Shown here: piece after piece, positions 19,323 to 28,627 of the stretch
Layout of the letters: each line of letters starts with the position of its first letter
How positions within the stretch are numbered: position 1 is the first letter of the stretch
Assembly: GCA_963748625.1 (NCBI GenBank)
Contig: CAVVJT010000002.1
Location: 64,001 to 128,000 of the forward strand
From: an uncultured Chloroflexia bacterium
GTDB taxonomy: Bacteria > Chloroflexota > Limnocylindria > Limnocylindrales > CSP1-4
DNA length: 64,000 nt
Reading direction: 5' to 3'
Program-made: the position numbers and the translations under genes
Notes under the pieces: generated by a model
What the model was told of the DNA's origin: nothing
Databases searched by the model: none
The model's input: only the letters and a program-made list of their open reading frames with translations

Positions 19323-20024
19323 GTGTCGTCCCCCAGCTCTCCCCAGGATCGCCCTCGACCCGAACGCCTCGCCCTGGGCGAGGCGAGCCGCCTGCTGGGC
19401 GTTGACCCCGACACGCTCCGCCGCTGGGCCGACGAGGGTCGTGTGCCGGCCTTCACGACCCCGGGCGGCCACCGGCGCTTCGACCGGCGGGCGCTGGAGC
19501 GCCTGATCGAGGCCCGCCGCACGGGACCGGCGGGCGAGCTCGCCGCGTTCGGGGCCACACCGGACCGGCTGTCCGCGGCCTACCGGCGCCGGTATGGCGA
19601 GGCGCATGCGCTGGCCCCGGACCCGCGCACCACCGTACCCGACGCCGACCGCGAGTCCTTCCGCGAGACCGGCCGGCGCCTGGTGGACGCCCTCGTCCGC
19701 CACCTCGACGAGACCGGCACCGCCCGTGCGCTGGCCGAGCGCGAGGCCGTGGACCTGGCGGCACACCTGGGTGAGCGCCTGGCCCTGCACGGCGTGTCCC
19801 TCTCGGACGGCGTCTCGATGTTCGTGTCGGCCAGGCGCCCGTTCCTGGCCGAGCTGCGGGTCGTGGCCCGGCGGCGCGGCGTGGACTCGATGCGGGTGGC
19901 CGAGATCTACGACATCTCCACCGGGCTCCTCGACCGCCTCCTCATCGCATTCGTCGCGGGCTACGAGCTGGCCTCCAGGAACGCCCGCGGGTCGGCCGGT
20001 GCAAGCGGCTCGGAGCCGGCATGA
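19323..20024 (+). CDS. BldC/Xis-like (MerR-type HTH_17) DNA-binding protein with a C-terminal all-helical domain
   Basis: EASRLLGVDPDTLRRWADEGRVPAFTTPGGHRRF; GGAG RBS. Confidence 0.85.
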   Translation: MSSPSSPQDRPRPERLALGEASRLLGVDPDTLRRWADEGRVPAFTTPGGHRRFDRRALERLIEARRTGPAGELAAFGATPDRLSAAYRRRYGEAHALAPDPRTTVPDADRESFRETGRRLVDALVRHLDETGTARALAEREAVDLAAHLGERLALHGVSLSDGVSMFVSARRPFLAELRVVARRRGVDSMRVAEIYDISTGLLDRLLIAFVAGYELASRNARGSAGASGSEPA

Positions 20025-21103
20025 GCACCTGGGTGCCGGCTGTCACCTCCATCCTGGCCTTCACGTTCGCGGCCATGCTCCTCGACCAGTGGCGCGAGCG
20101 ACGCCACGGCTTCCAGCTCGTGTGGGCGTTCGGCATGCTCGCGTACGGCCTCGGGTCGGGCGCGGAGGCCGTCGCGGGGTTCACGGGTTGGACGGAGGCT
20201 GCCTACCGCCTCTGGTACCTCGCAGGTGCGGTCTGGACGGCCGGCTGGCTGGGCCTGGGAACGGCGTACCTGCTGGGGAAGACCCGCTTCGGCTACACCT
20301 ACGCGTTCCTGCTGGCCGTCTCGGGCCTGATCGCGCTCATGATCCGCAACAGCCCCAACTACGCGGGTGCCGGCCCGCTGCCGCTGCTGTACTTGATCGG
20401 CGCGGCGATCCTGGCCCTGGCGATCGCCGTGGAGACCTACTTCGGCAACGTGCGCTGGCCGTGGTTCGCGGGCGGGGCCGTCATCGCGGTCACGGTGCTG
20501 TCCGCGGTGCTGATGGTCCTCACGCCTCCGCTGCCGGCGCCCGGCTACTCCCTCAGCCCCACCACGGGCCAGCCGACCGGTGACCTGATGCCGGGCTACC
20601 TTCGCCTGCTCACGCCGCTGATGAACATCACGGGTGCGGGCTCCCTTGTGCTCGGCGCCGTCTTCTCGACCTACGTGTTCATGCCCAAGAAGCGCGTGCT
20701 GCCCTACTCGCTGGACCCGGACCAGAAGGGCGACGAGTTCCTGTTCAACCTGCTGATCGCCGTGGTGGCGATCCCGGTGAACCTGGTGGCCTCGCTGCCC
20801 GGCGCGTTCCGCGACCTGGTCGGCGGCAGGCTCCACCCCCGTGTTCCCGCGACCATCCTCATCGCGATCGGCGGCATGTTCCCGGCCATCACGGACTCGC
20901 TGCTGCGCGCGGGCAATGCGCAGTACGGCGCCCTGGGCAAGCTGCTGGGCGTGGTCTTCCTGTTCGCCGGGTTCCTGGTGTCCGCGGAGATCATCCGCGA
21001 GGTCCGGGTCCCGTTCACGCGTATCCGGCTGGGCACGCGGTCGCGGCGCCAGGCCCAGCGTGATGCGGTGGCCCCCGAGGCCGAGACCCAGGGCTCCCGC
21101 TGA
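20021..21103 (+). CDS. Polytopic membrane protein of unknown function
   Basis: About 9-10 hydrophobic segments; ATGA overlap with the HTH gene. Confidence 0.82.
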   Translation: MSTWVPAVTSILAFTFAAMLLDQWRERRHGFQLVWAFGMLAYGLGSGAEAVAGFTGWTEAAYRLWYLAGAVWTAGWLGLGTAYLLGKTRFGYTYAFLLAVSGLIALMIRNSPNYAGAGPLPLLYLIGAAILALAIAVETYFGNVRWPWFAGGAVIAVTVLSAVLMVLTPPLPAPGYSLSPTTGQPTGDLMPGYLRLLTPLMNITGAGSLVLGAVFSTYVFMPKKRVLPYSLDPDQKGDEFLFNLLIAVVAIPVNLVASLPGAFRDLVGGRLHPRVPATILIAIGGMFPAITDSLLRAGNAQYGALGKLLGVVFLFAGFLVSAEIIREVRVPFTRIRLGTRSRRQAQRDAVAPEAETQGSR

Positions 21104-21168
21104 GTTCCCAGGCTCCCGCTGGGACACCGCATGACGACCGTGCCCGTGGCCGACTATCCTCTCCGGCG

Positions 21169-21849
21169 ATGGACACTGCCGCGCTGATCCAGGCTGCCGA
21201 GGGCTCCCCGCCCCGCATCCGCGTACTCCTCGCCGATGACCACGGCGTGGTCCGCCGCGGGCTGCGCGCGTTCTTCGAGCTGCTCGATGACATCGAGATC
21301 GTCGGCGAGGCCGAGGACGGCCGGCACGCCGTGGACCTGGTGGAGGTGCTCCAGCCCGACGTGGTCCTCATGGACCTGCTGATGCCGGGCGTGGACGGGA
21401 TCGCCGCCACTGCCGAGATCAAGCGGCGCTGGCCCGAGGTGGAGGTCGTCGCGCTGACGAGCTTCATCGAGGAGGAGCGGGTGACCGCGGCCCTCGAGGC
21501 CGGGGCGACGGGCTACCTGCTCAAGGACGCCGATGCCGACGACGTGGCGACCGCGGTCCGGCGCGCCCATGCGGGCGAGGTGCACCTCGACCCGCAGGTG
21601 GCGCGCCTGCTGGCCACCCGCATCCGTGCCCGCAAGGAGCCTGCGGCCCCCGACCACGAGCCGCTCACCGAGCGCGAGCTCGAGGTGCTGCACCTGGTGG
21701 CCAAGGGCCATGCGAACAAGGAGATCGCGGCCCGGCTCTCCATCACGGAACGCACGGCCCGGACGCACGTGTCCAACATCCTGGGCAAGCTCGACCTGTC
21801 CAGCCGCACGCAGGCGGCGCTCTGGGCGATCGAGCACCGGATCGTCTGA
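21169..21849 (+). CDS. NarL/LuxR-family response regulator
   Basis: LADDH, PDVVLMDLLMP, GYLLKD, LTERELEVL...NKEIA...HVSNILGKL. Confidence 0.96.
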   Translation: MDTAALIQAAEGSPPRIRVLLADDHGVVRRGLRAFFELLDDIEIVGEAEDGRHAVDLVEVLQPDVVLMDLLMPGVDGIAATAEIKRRWPEVEVVALTSFIEEERVTAALEAGATGYLLKDADADDVATAVRRAHAGEVHLDPQVARLLATRIRARKEPAAPDHEPLTERELEVLHLVAKGHANKEIAARLSITERTARTHVSNILGKLDLSSRTQAALWAIEHRIV

Positions 21850-21852
21850 GCC

Positions 21853-22638
21853 GTGACCGGCATGGAGCAGGCGACCGGGGCCACGACGCGGCCCTGGGTC
21901 GCGCTCGGGCCGGTGGACGCGCCGGGCATCGTGTTCGTGCATGCCACGCGGTTCACGCGCACGCTGTGGTACCCGCAGCTCCGGCGCCTCGCGGGCCGCT
22001 ACCGGTGCGTCGCCATCGACCTGCCGGGACACGGTCGCCGGGCCGAAGAGCCGTTCTCGATGGAGGCGGCGGTGAAGGCGGTGGACGAGGCGATCGCCGC
22101 CGAGATTCCGTCGGGCCGGGCGGTCCTCGTGGGCCTGTCCCTGGGCGGCTACGTGGCCATCGAGACCGCCGTCGCGCACCCCGAGCGGGTCACGGGCCTG
22201 GTGCTGGCGGGCTGCTCTGCGGAGGGTGTCGGGGTGACCGGCTGGTCATTCGCCGCCTTCGCGCGGCTCCTGGAGCTTGCGCCGGACCGGCTTCTCGGGC
22301 TGGCGAGCCGCACGTGGTTCCGCGTGCGCTACGGGCGGGGCATTGCCGGCCCCATCGCGGAGGCAGGCCTCTGGCCGGTCGGCGGCGCCCAGGCCGTGCA
22401 CGCCATCATCGGCCGCCGGGTGCTGGAGCGCCTGGGTCGCCTCTGGGTTCCCGTGACGATCCTGAACGGAACGCTCGACGTGGTCTTCGCCCCGCAGGGT
22501 GACCACTGGGCGGCGTCGTGCCGGTCGGGCCGCCACGTGACGCTCGCCGGGGCCACCCATCTCTCGAACCTCGACCGGCCCGCGGGTTTCGCCCGGGTCG
22601 TGGCCACCTTCACCGAGTCGATCAACCGCGAAGGCTGA
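21853..22638 (+). CDS. Alpha/beta-fold hydrolase
   Basis: IDLPGHG, GLSLGG nucleophile elbow, GTLD acid, ATH histidine. Confidence 0.88.
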   Translation: MTGMEQATGATTRPWVALGPVDAPGIVFVHATRFTRTLWYPQLRRLAGRYRCVAIDLPGHGRRAEEPFSMEAAVKAVDEAIAAEIPSGRAVLVGLSLGGYVAIETAVAHPERVTGLVLAGCSAEGVGVTGWSFAAFARLLELAPDRLLGLASRTWFRVRYGRGIAGPIAEAGLWPVGGAQAVHAIIGRRVLERLGRLWVPVTILNGTLDVVFAPQGDHWAASCRSGRHVTLAGATHLSNLDRPAGFARVVATFTESINREG

Positions 22639-22736
22639 TGTCCCTCACCCCGTCGGGCGGATGGGGGTCCTCGGGGCCCGACGGTATACTGGAAGCCTTC
22701 GCCAGGGCTCTTGGCCCACCTGTCCCGAGAGGTTCG

Positions 22737-23621
22737 ATGCGCGTCCGTAAAGCCGTGTTCCCCGCCGCGGGCTGGGGGACCCGATTCCTGCCGGCGACGA
22801 AGGCCCAGCCCAAAGAGATGCTGCCCCTCGTCGACAAGCCGGTCATCCAGTACGCCGTCGAGGAGGCGGTCGCCGCAGGCATCGAGCAGGTCATCATCGT
22901 GACCTCCTCGCAGAAGCGCGCGATCGAGGACCACTTCGACCTCAACTACGAGCTGGAGCACCTCCTCGAGGAGAAGGGCGAGATCGAGAAGCTGCGCCAG
23001 GTGCGCCACATCAGCGACCTCGCGCAGATCGCCTATGTGCGCCAGAAGGAGCAGCTGGGCCTGGGCCACGCGGTGCTGATGGCCAAGGACCTGATCGGGC
23101 ACGAGCCGTTCGCGGTCATCCTGCCCGATGACGTCGTCATCGCGGACCGGCCCTGCATCGGCCAGCTGATCCACGTCTACCACCAGCACCACGGGTCGGT
23201 GGTCGCGGTGACCGAGGTCCCGCCCGAGGAGACCCGGCGGTACGGCGTCATCGGCGGCGAGCTCGTCGAGGACAGCAGCCACCACGATTCGGACCGGACG
23301 TACCGCGTGACCTCGATCGTGGAGAAGCCGGAGCCGGAGGATGCGCCGTCCAACCTGGCGGTCATCGGGCGGTACGTCCTCACGCCCAAGATCTTCGACA
23401 AGCTCGAGCAGACGCAGCGTGGGGCCGGCGGCGAGATCCAGCTGACCGACGCCATCCAGGCGCTCATGGACGAGCAGAGCGTGTTCGGCTACCGCTACGA
23501 GGGCGTTCGCTACGACGCCGGGACCACGATGGGCTGGCTCAAGGCGTCGGTGGAGCTGGCGCTGGCCCGGCCGGAGTTCGGCAGCGCGTTCGCGGACTAC
23601 CTGCGTTCACTCGACATCTAG
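22737..23621 (+). CDS. galU: UTP--glucose-1-phosphate uridylyltransferase
   Basis: [47 protein letters not shown]. Confidence 0.96.
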   Translation: MRVRKAVFPAAGWGTRFLPATKAQPKEMLPLVDKPVIQYAVEEAVAAGIEQVIIVTSSQKRAIEDHFDLNYELEHLLEEKGEIEKLRQVRHISDLAQIAYVRQKEQLGLGHAVLMAKDLIGHEPFAVILPDDVVIADRPCIGQLIHVYHQHHGSVVAVTEVPPEETRRYGVIGGELVEDSSHHDSDRTYRVTSIVEKPEPEDAPSNLAVIGRYVLTPKIFDKLEQTQRGAGGEIQLTDAIQALMDEQSVFGYRYEGVRYDAGTTMGWLKASVELALARPEFGSAFADYLRSLDI

Positions 23622-23714
23622 CGTGGCGGGCCTGAACGGGCCCGCACGCCGCCGTGCGGTAGGATGCCCCGACGGCACCCGCCACACGCAGCGCAGAGGG
23701 GAGACGACACCACC

Positions 23715-25631
23715 GTGACCGAGATCGGAAGCGTCCTGGGCGGCCGCTACCGCCTGGTCGAGCTTCTCGGCCAAGGCGGGATGGCGACCATCTATCGTGC
23801 GCGTGACGCCCAGCTGGACCGTGATGTCGCCGTCAAGCTGTTGCGCCCGGAGTTCGGGCAGGACCCGGACTTCCTCGCCCGCTTCCGCGACGAGGCCCGT
23901 GCCGCCGCCTCCCTGAACCACCCCAACATCGTCGCGGTCTTCGACTTCGGCGAGGGTGAGGACGGCCCCTACATCGTGATGGAGCTGATCGACGGCCAGG
24001 ACCTGGGCGCGATCATCCGCGAGAATGGCGCCCTGCCGCCGCGCCAGGCCGCGCGTGTGACGGCCGAGACCGCGAAGGCGCTCCACGCCGCCCACGTGAA
24101 GGGCATCGTCCACCGCGACGTGAAGCCGTCCAACGTGCTCATCGGTCGCGACGGACGCGTGAAGGTCGCGGACTTCGGCATCGCGCGTGCCATCACCGAG
24201 GCCCAACTCACGCTGCCGGGCGTCACGATGGGCTCGGTCCACTACTTCAGCCCGGAGCAGGCGCGGGGCGAGACCGCCACGATCTCGTCGGACATCTACT
24301 CCCTGGGCATCGTCCTCTATGAGTGCCTGACCGCCCAGCGCCCGTTCTCGGGAGACGGCGCGGCCGCCGTGGCGCTCGCCCGCCTGACCTCAACACCCCC
24401 GCGACCGTCCGCACTCCGCCCGGGCACCCCGACTGAGCTCGATGCGATCGTGACCCGCGCCATGGCGCTCGACCCGGCCGCCCGCTACGCCTCTGCGGCG
24501 TCGATGGCCAGCGCGCTCGAGGGCTGGCTGGCGGCTCCCTCCGCCCAGCCGGGCGCCGCGGCAGGTGCTGCGGTCGCCGGTGCGGCCATCGTGGGCGCCG
24601 CCACGGTGGCCAGCGCACAGGCTCGTCCGAACGCCGTGCCCTACCCGCCCGACGCCTACGCCCGCGCGACACCGCCGTCGGCACCCGTCACCACGCGCTC
24701 CGCCCCGCCCCCGCCGCCCGTCGACGTGGACCAGGGGGACGATGAGGGCGGCGCCGGACCGTGGGCCTGGGCCGCCGGCATCCTGGGGATCGTGATCCTC
24801 GCGATCGTCGGCTTCCTCATCTTCCAGATGCTGACGGGCGGGTCGGACGGCCCGACGGCCTCCGCCTCGCCCGACGCCTCGCCCGTGGCGGTTCCGTCGC
24901 TGGTGAACCTCCTGTATGCCGATGCCGAGGCCGCGGCTGCCGAGCTCGGCCTGACCGTGACCCGGGCTGCCACTGAGCCGCGCACGGACGTGGAGCCCGA
25001 CACGGTGCTCGCCCAGGACCCGCCCGCGGGCCAGGCGGTGGCGCCCGGCACGGAGCTCAAGCTCACGGTGTCCGTGGGCAAGGTCGCAGTGTCCACACCC
25101 AGCATCGTGGGGATCCCGGAGAACCAGGCGGTCCAGACGATCGTCCAGGAAGGACTGACGGTCGGGGCGCGGACCGAGGCGTTCGACCCGATGGTGCCGG
25201 CGGGATCGGTGGTGAGCCAGAACCCCCAGGCCGGGATCTTCGTGAACCCCGAGACCCCGGTGGACTACGTGGTCTCGAAGGGCCCGGAACCCACCCCGTC
25301 CCCGACGCCGGAACCCACGCCGACCCCGACGCCCACCCCAACCCCGACCCCGACCCCCACCCCGACCCCCACCCCGACCCCGACGCCTACCCCCACGCCC
25401 GCCCCGATCAACGTCGGCGACTACCGGTGCGTGACGCTCGATGAGGCCACCACCAACATCGACGTTGACACGTTCACGTTGGGCGACGTCACCACGCTGA
25501 CGCCAGGTGGAACCTATGACCAGGCGTGGGTCGTAGTGGACCAGAAGCCCAACCCGGGCACCAAGAGGCCCGGGGGCACGGCGATCGACCTGGTCGTCGA
25601 GGATCCCGCACTGGTCACCACCTGCCCCTGA
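23715..25631 (+). CDS. pknB: PASTA-domain Ser/Thr protein kinase (PknB/Stk1-type)
   Basis: LGQGGMA, VAVK, HRDVKPSN, DFG, SPEQARG; one TM; two PASTA repeats, PT linker, third PASTA-like domain. Confidence 0.93.
   Translation: MTEIGSVLGGRYRLVELLGQGGMATIYRARDAQLDRDVAVKLLRPEFGQDPDFLARFRDEARAAASLNHPNIVAVFDFGEGEDGPYIVMELIDGQDLGAIIRENGALPPRQAARVTAETAKALHAAHVKGIVHRDVKPSNVLIGRDGRVKVADFGIARAITEAQLTLPGVTMGSVHYFSPEQARGETATISSDIYSLGIVLYECLTAQRPFSGDGAAAVALARLTSTPPRPSALRPGTPTELDAIVTRAMALDPAARYASAASMASALEGWLAAPSAQPGAAAGAAVAGAAIVGAATVASAQARPNAVPYPPDAYARATPPSAPVTTRSAPPPPPVDVDQGDDEGGAGPWAWAAGILGIVILAIVGFLIFQMLTGGSDGPTASASPDASPVAVPSLVNLLYADAEAAAAELGLTVTRAATEPRTDVEPDTVLAQDPPAGQAVAPGTELKLTVSVGKVAVSTPSIVGIPENQAVQTIVQEGLTVGARTEAFDPMVPAGSVVSQNPQAGIFVNPETPVDYVVSKGPEPTPSPTPEPTPTPTPTPTPTPTPTPTPTPTPTPTPTPAPINVGDYRCVTLDEATTNIDVDTFTLGDVTTLTPGGTYDQAWVVVDQKPNPGTKRPGGTAIDLVVEDPALVTTCP
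25288..25403 (+). repeat. Coding 6-bp repeat encoding a (PT)n linker in the kinase
   Basis: CCNACN units; protein PTPSPTPEPTPTPTPT... Confidence 0.9.
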
Positions 25632-25645
25632 CGGAGGCCGGCGGT

Positions 25646-25692
25646 GGAGCTCGCGGAGGAGCTCGCGGAGGAGCTCGCGGAGGAGCTCGCGG
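25646..25692. repeat. 12-bp tandem repeat GGAGCTCGCGGA, about 4 copies, intergenic
   Basis: Copies start at 25646, 25658, 25670 and 25682. Confidence 0.92.
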
Positions 25693-26044
25693 GGCTGGTC
25701 CGGGCCGCTAGGGTCCCGATTCGCTATGCGCTGGTCGCTGGCAGCCTGCGGACCGCCGTTCCGGGTCCTGTCGCCCTCCGGATGCGGCCGTCGTCCGGCT
25801 GCGCGCCAGACGGCCACACGGTGCGGCCGGAGCGCTCGATGCGCGGCTGGTGCGCAGGTCGTGCCATCGGGACCCTGCCGGAGCGCATGGACGGCGCACC
25901 GGGCGCACATCTAGCGACGTCACTGCTCCGTGTGCGCGCCGGGTGCGCACGGCAGCGGCCGCCGCGGGCGACGCCCGGTGATGCCGCTTCCGATCAGCGG
26001 CCCGGGCACGGTGGGGTATCCGCCAGCCACTGGCGGCACGGGTC

Positions 26045-26545
26045 CTAGCCTTCGGGCCAGGGCTCCGGATCGCCCCACAGCCACCATGTGCCGGGCACCC
26101 TGGTGACGGGTGTGGGCATGGACCCCCGATCGTCGGTGCCGGGTGCCGCGGACGACGCGGACGCCGGTTCGTCAACCGGAACGAACGTTCTGGGCTGGCG
26201 TGTCTCCCTGCCGTCCGTGGCGGCTGCCCCCCGCATCGCGGCGGTGGTGACCGTGGCAGCCACGGCCGACCTGCCCACCGCGTCGCCTGGGACCCGGACG
26301 TGGGTGGAGCCGGCCCAGCGACGCTCGAGGTCCACGGGCGGCGGCGCCGCGACCCAGCAGGGCTTCATCTCGGTGCCGTTCAGCGCAAGCCGCTTGGGAT
26401 CGAGGCCGCACAGGCCCAGGCCGCCGGCGACGCCCTTGCGGAAATGCCGGCAGGTGGCGCACGAGGTCGTGGAGCGACGACAGACCCAACACCGCGAGGT
26501 TTCCGACTGCGGCGTGTTGCAATGCGGGCAGCGCCAGACCGGCAT
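26045..26545 (-). CDS. Cys8 putative double zinc-finger protein with low-complexity tail
   Basis: CPHC, CWVC, CATC, LCG, PCW; TACGAT 6 nt before the ATG. Confidence 0.72.
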   Translation of the reverse strand: MPVWRCPHCNTPQSETSRCWVCRRSTTSCATCRHFRKGVAGGLGLCGLDPKRLALNGTEMKPCWVAAPPPVDLERRWAGSTHVRVPGDAVGRSAVAATVTTAAMRGAAATDGRETRQPRTFVPVDEPASASSAAPGTDDRGSMPTPVTRVPGTWWLWGDPEPWPEG

Positions 26546-26662
26546 GCGCGGATCGTAGCTGCGCCAACGGCGGCTGTCGAGGCGATTCCTGCGCAAGCAG
26601 AACGGATGCTCGATCCGTTCTCGCCCCGTTCGACGGCGAGGTCGACCAGGTCCGTCGGCGGC

Positions 26663-27868
26663 CTACTCGACCGTGAGGGTCGCCCGATCCGTCCCCTGGC
26701 CGTCGGCTGGAGTGTCCACGAGGACCGTCGCAAGCCCGCTGCCGGGCATGGCGCCTGACGGGATCGTCGTGGTGAAGGTGGCGACGCCACCCCCGTCTGT
26801 CTGGATCTCGCGCGAGATGATCGCCTCGAGGCCGGGGACGGACACGGTGAACAGCGCCGCCGCGCCCTTGACACGCTGCCCGTCCGAGCCCGTGACGGTC
26901 ACGGTGAACGTCACCTCCTTGGGCAGCTTGGAGGCCGAGAACCGGTAGCGGCTGCCGATAAGCACCACGGACAGCTTGCCCTCACCACGGCGCAGCGTGA
27001 TGGTGTTGGTGTTCTCGTTGCCCGCGAGGTCCGTCACCGTCACGGTGATCACGTTGGCGCCGTCCGCGAGCGCGATCGACGTCTCCCACAACCCGTCATC
27101 GCCGGCAATCGCCTCGGCGTTTGCGCCGTTGGAGGCGTTCTGGGCGCGGACCGCGGCCTTGGGCTGCGTCTTGCCCTTCAGCGTCGCCGTGCTCTTCTTG
27201 ATCCGGGCGCCGTCCTTGGGCGAGATGATCGTCGCCTTCGGCTTGAGGTTGTCCATCACCCAGGTGGCCACGCCGGAGGGCTCGCTCTCGCCGCCCGGCC
27301 CCACCACCGTGGCCTGGAAGTCGTTGCGACCCTCCGCCAGCTCGACCTCGGGGATGACCAGCTTCGAGAGCTCCCCGACGCCGACCTCGGTGACGAGGGC
27401 CGGATCCTTGTCGGCGACGGCGACGTAGAGCCGGATCGTGTAGCCCTCAATGCCGGTGATGGCGGTGGGCACGTTCACGATGATGTCCGTGGTCGCCTCG
27501 TTCGTGTACGGGGTGTCGGGGGCCTCGATCGTGGGCGGCTCGCCCACCTCCGGCGCCGCTGTCGGTGCGGAGCTGCTGACCACGCCGCCGACCTGGGTCA
27601 CGAACCCCCCGATGCCGGCGACCACGGACGACACGAAGGGGCCGACCGCCCCGCTGCCGATCCAGACGATGGATGCGCCCAGGGCGAGGATGGCCACGGC
27701 GAGGAACAGCTTCATCGGCAGTGGCAGGCCGCGGCGCCGCTCCAGGTCCCGGTACCGGTCCATCCGGCGCGGCGACGGGGCGCTGGGCCGGACCCGGCTG
27801 GTCACGGGCCGGCGGCCGGCGGGGGGACGGGGTCGGACCTGCGAGGTCCGGTCGCGGCGGGAGTCCAT
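26663..27868 (-). CDS. Type II membrane-anchored protein with extracellular Ig-like beta-sandwich domains
   Basis: Arg-rich N-terminus, single TM, beta-rich repeats (LAEGRNDF, LADGANVITVTVTDLAGN); TG-C-GACAAT 8 nt before the ATG. Confidence 0.78.
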   Translation of the reverse strand: MDSRRDRTSQVRPRPPAGRRPVTSRVRPSAPSPRRMDRYRDLERRRGLPLPMKLFLAVAILALGASIVWIGSGAVGPFVSSVVAGIGGFVTQVGGVVSSSAPTAAPEVGEPPTIEAPDTPYTNEATTDIIVNVPTAITGIEGYTIRLYVAVADKDPALVTEVGVGELSKLVIPEVELAEGRNDFQATVVGPGGESEPSGVATWVMDNLKPKATIISPKDGARIKKSTATLKGKTQPKAAVRAQNASNGANAEAIAGDDGLWETSIALADGANVITVTVTDLAGNENTNTITLRRGEGKLSVVLIGSRYRFSASKLPKEVTFTVTVTGSDGQRVKGAAALFTVSVPGLEAIISREIQTDGGGVATFTTTIPSGAMPGSGLATVLVDTPADGQGTDRATLTVE

Positions 27869-28117
27869 CTGGCGGAATTGTCGCACGGACAGGGGATCCC
27901 GCATCGGGGCGTGGGAGCGTGTCGCTGCGCGTCCCACCACGTCCCAGGCCGGAGCCTGCTGCCACCCACGGGCCGCACGGTGGTACGCTGCGTGCCACGT
28001 GCGACCCCAACCGCCCACGGGTCGCTCGAAGAGGGTGGAGTGGAGTCCCGAGACCGGAGGCCTGTGCGCCCGTCGCCGGGAGATCGTGGAGCCTGGAGGC
28101 ATGGCCCCATCTCCCGG

Positions 28118-28627
28118 GTGACTGCGCGCCCGGTACCGCCGGATGAGACCGCTGGCGCAGCCGGGTCCGCGGCTGGCGCAGCCGGGTCCGCGAACGGCTC
28201 GTCCGCCCCCGCGCGCAGGATGCCCGCACCACCACCTCGCCGCCAGCTGCCACCGGCGCCGTCGCCCACCGCCCCGCTGTCCGCCGCCCGGCCCTCAGCC
28301 CCGCAGCCGCCGCGCGTCTTCCTGGCCGCGAACCGGGTGGCCGCGAACCGGGCCCAACTGGCCACCGGCGCTGCCGGCAGGTCCGGCTTCGGGCTGCCGA
28401 GCCTGCGCCGCAACGTGTGCCCGCACTTCTACATGACGGGCTCCCGCGGCGCGATCCCCATCCAGGCCCCGCATCTGCTCAAGGGCCTCCTCCGCCAGCC
28501 CAACACCATCTCCCGATGCCAGCTTCGGGGCGGCGTCCATCTCGACGAGGGCTACGTCAACGACGTGTGCCTGACGCCCCGGTTCAACCAGTGCGTCTTC
28601 TACGAGGACGAGCTGACGCGCGAGTGA
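28118..28627 (+). CDS. Hypothetical protein with C-terminal Cys4 domain, first gene of the fol operon
   Basis: VCPHFY...RCQL...VCLTPRFNQCVFYE; GC3-biased 3' half; stop overlaps the folC GTG. Start uncertain. Confidence 0.6.
   Translation: MTARPVPPDETAGAAGSAAGAAGSANGSSAPARRMPAPPPRRQLPPAPSPTAPLSAARPSAPQPPRVFLAANRVAANRAQLATGAAGRSGFGLPSLRRNVCPHFYMTGSRGAIPIQAPHLLKGLLRQPNTISRCQLRGGVHLDEGYVNDVCLTPRFNQCVFYEDELTRE

Noticed and set aside
17733-22700. tRNA-Glu as integration site of an island, given the Xis-like HTH downstream
   Set aside because: No integrase, no duplicated tRNA 3' end seen and no visible composition shift; the HTH is fused to a long helical domain, unlike a prophage excisionase.
25288-25403. 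(PT)n repeat as a contingency locus
   Set aside because: In-frame 6-bp units with varied synonymous codons; an ordinary extracellular linker.
25644-26048. ORF beginning MELAEELAEELAEELAG
   Set aside because: The helical-looking start is just the 12-bp repeat; the rest is Arg/Pro/Ala-rich without coding bias. A short peptide cannot be fully excluded.
27870-28117. Folate (THF) or ZMP riboswitch ahead of the fol operon
   Set aside because: No recognisable consensus elements by eye; an Rfam scan would be needed to exclude it.
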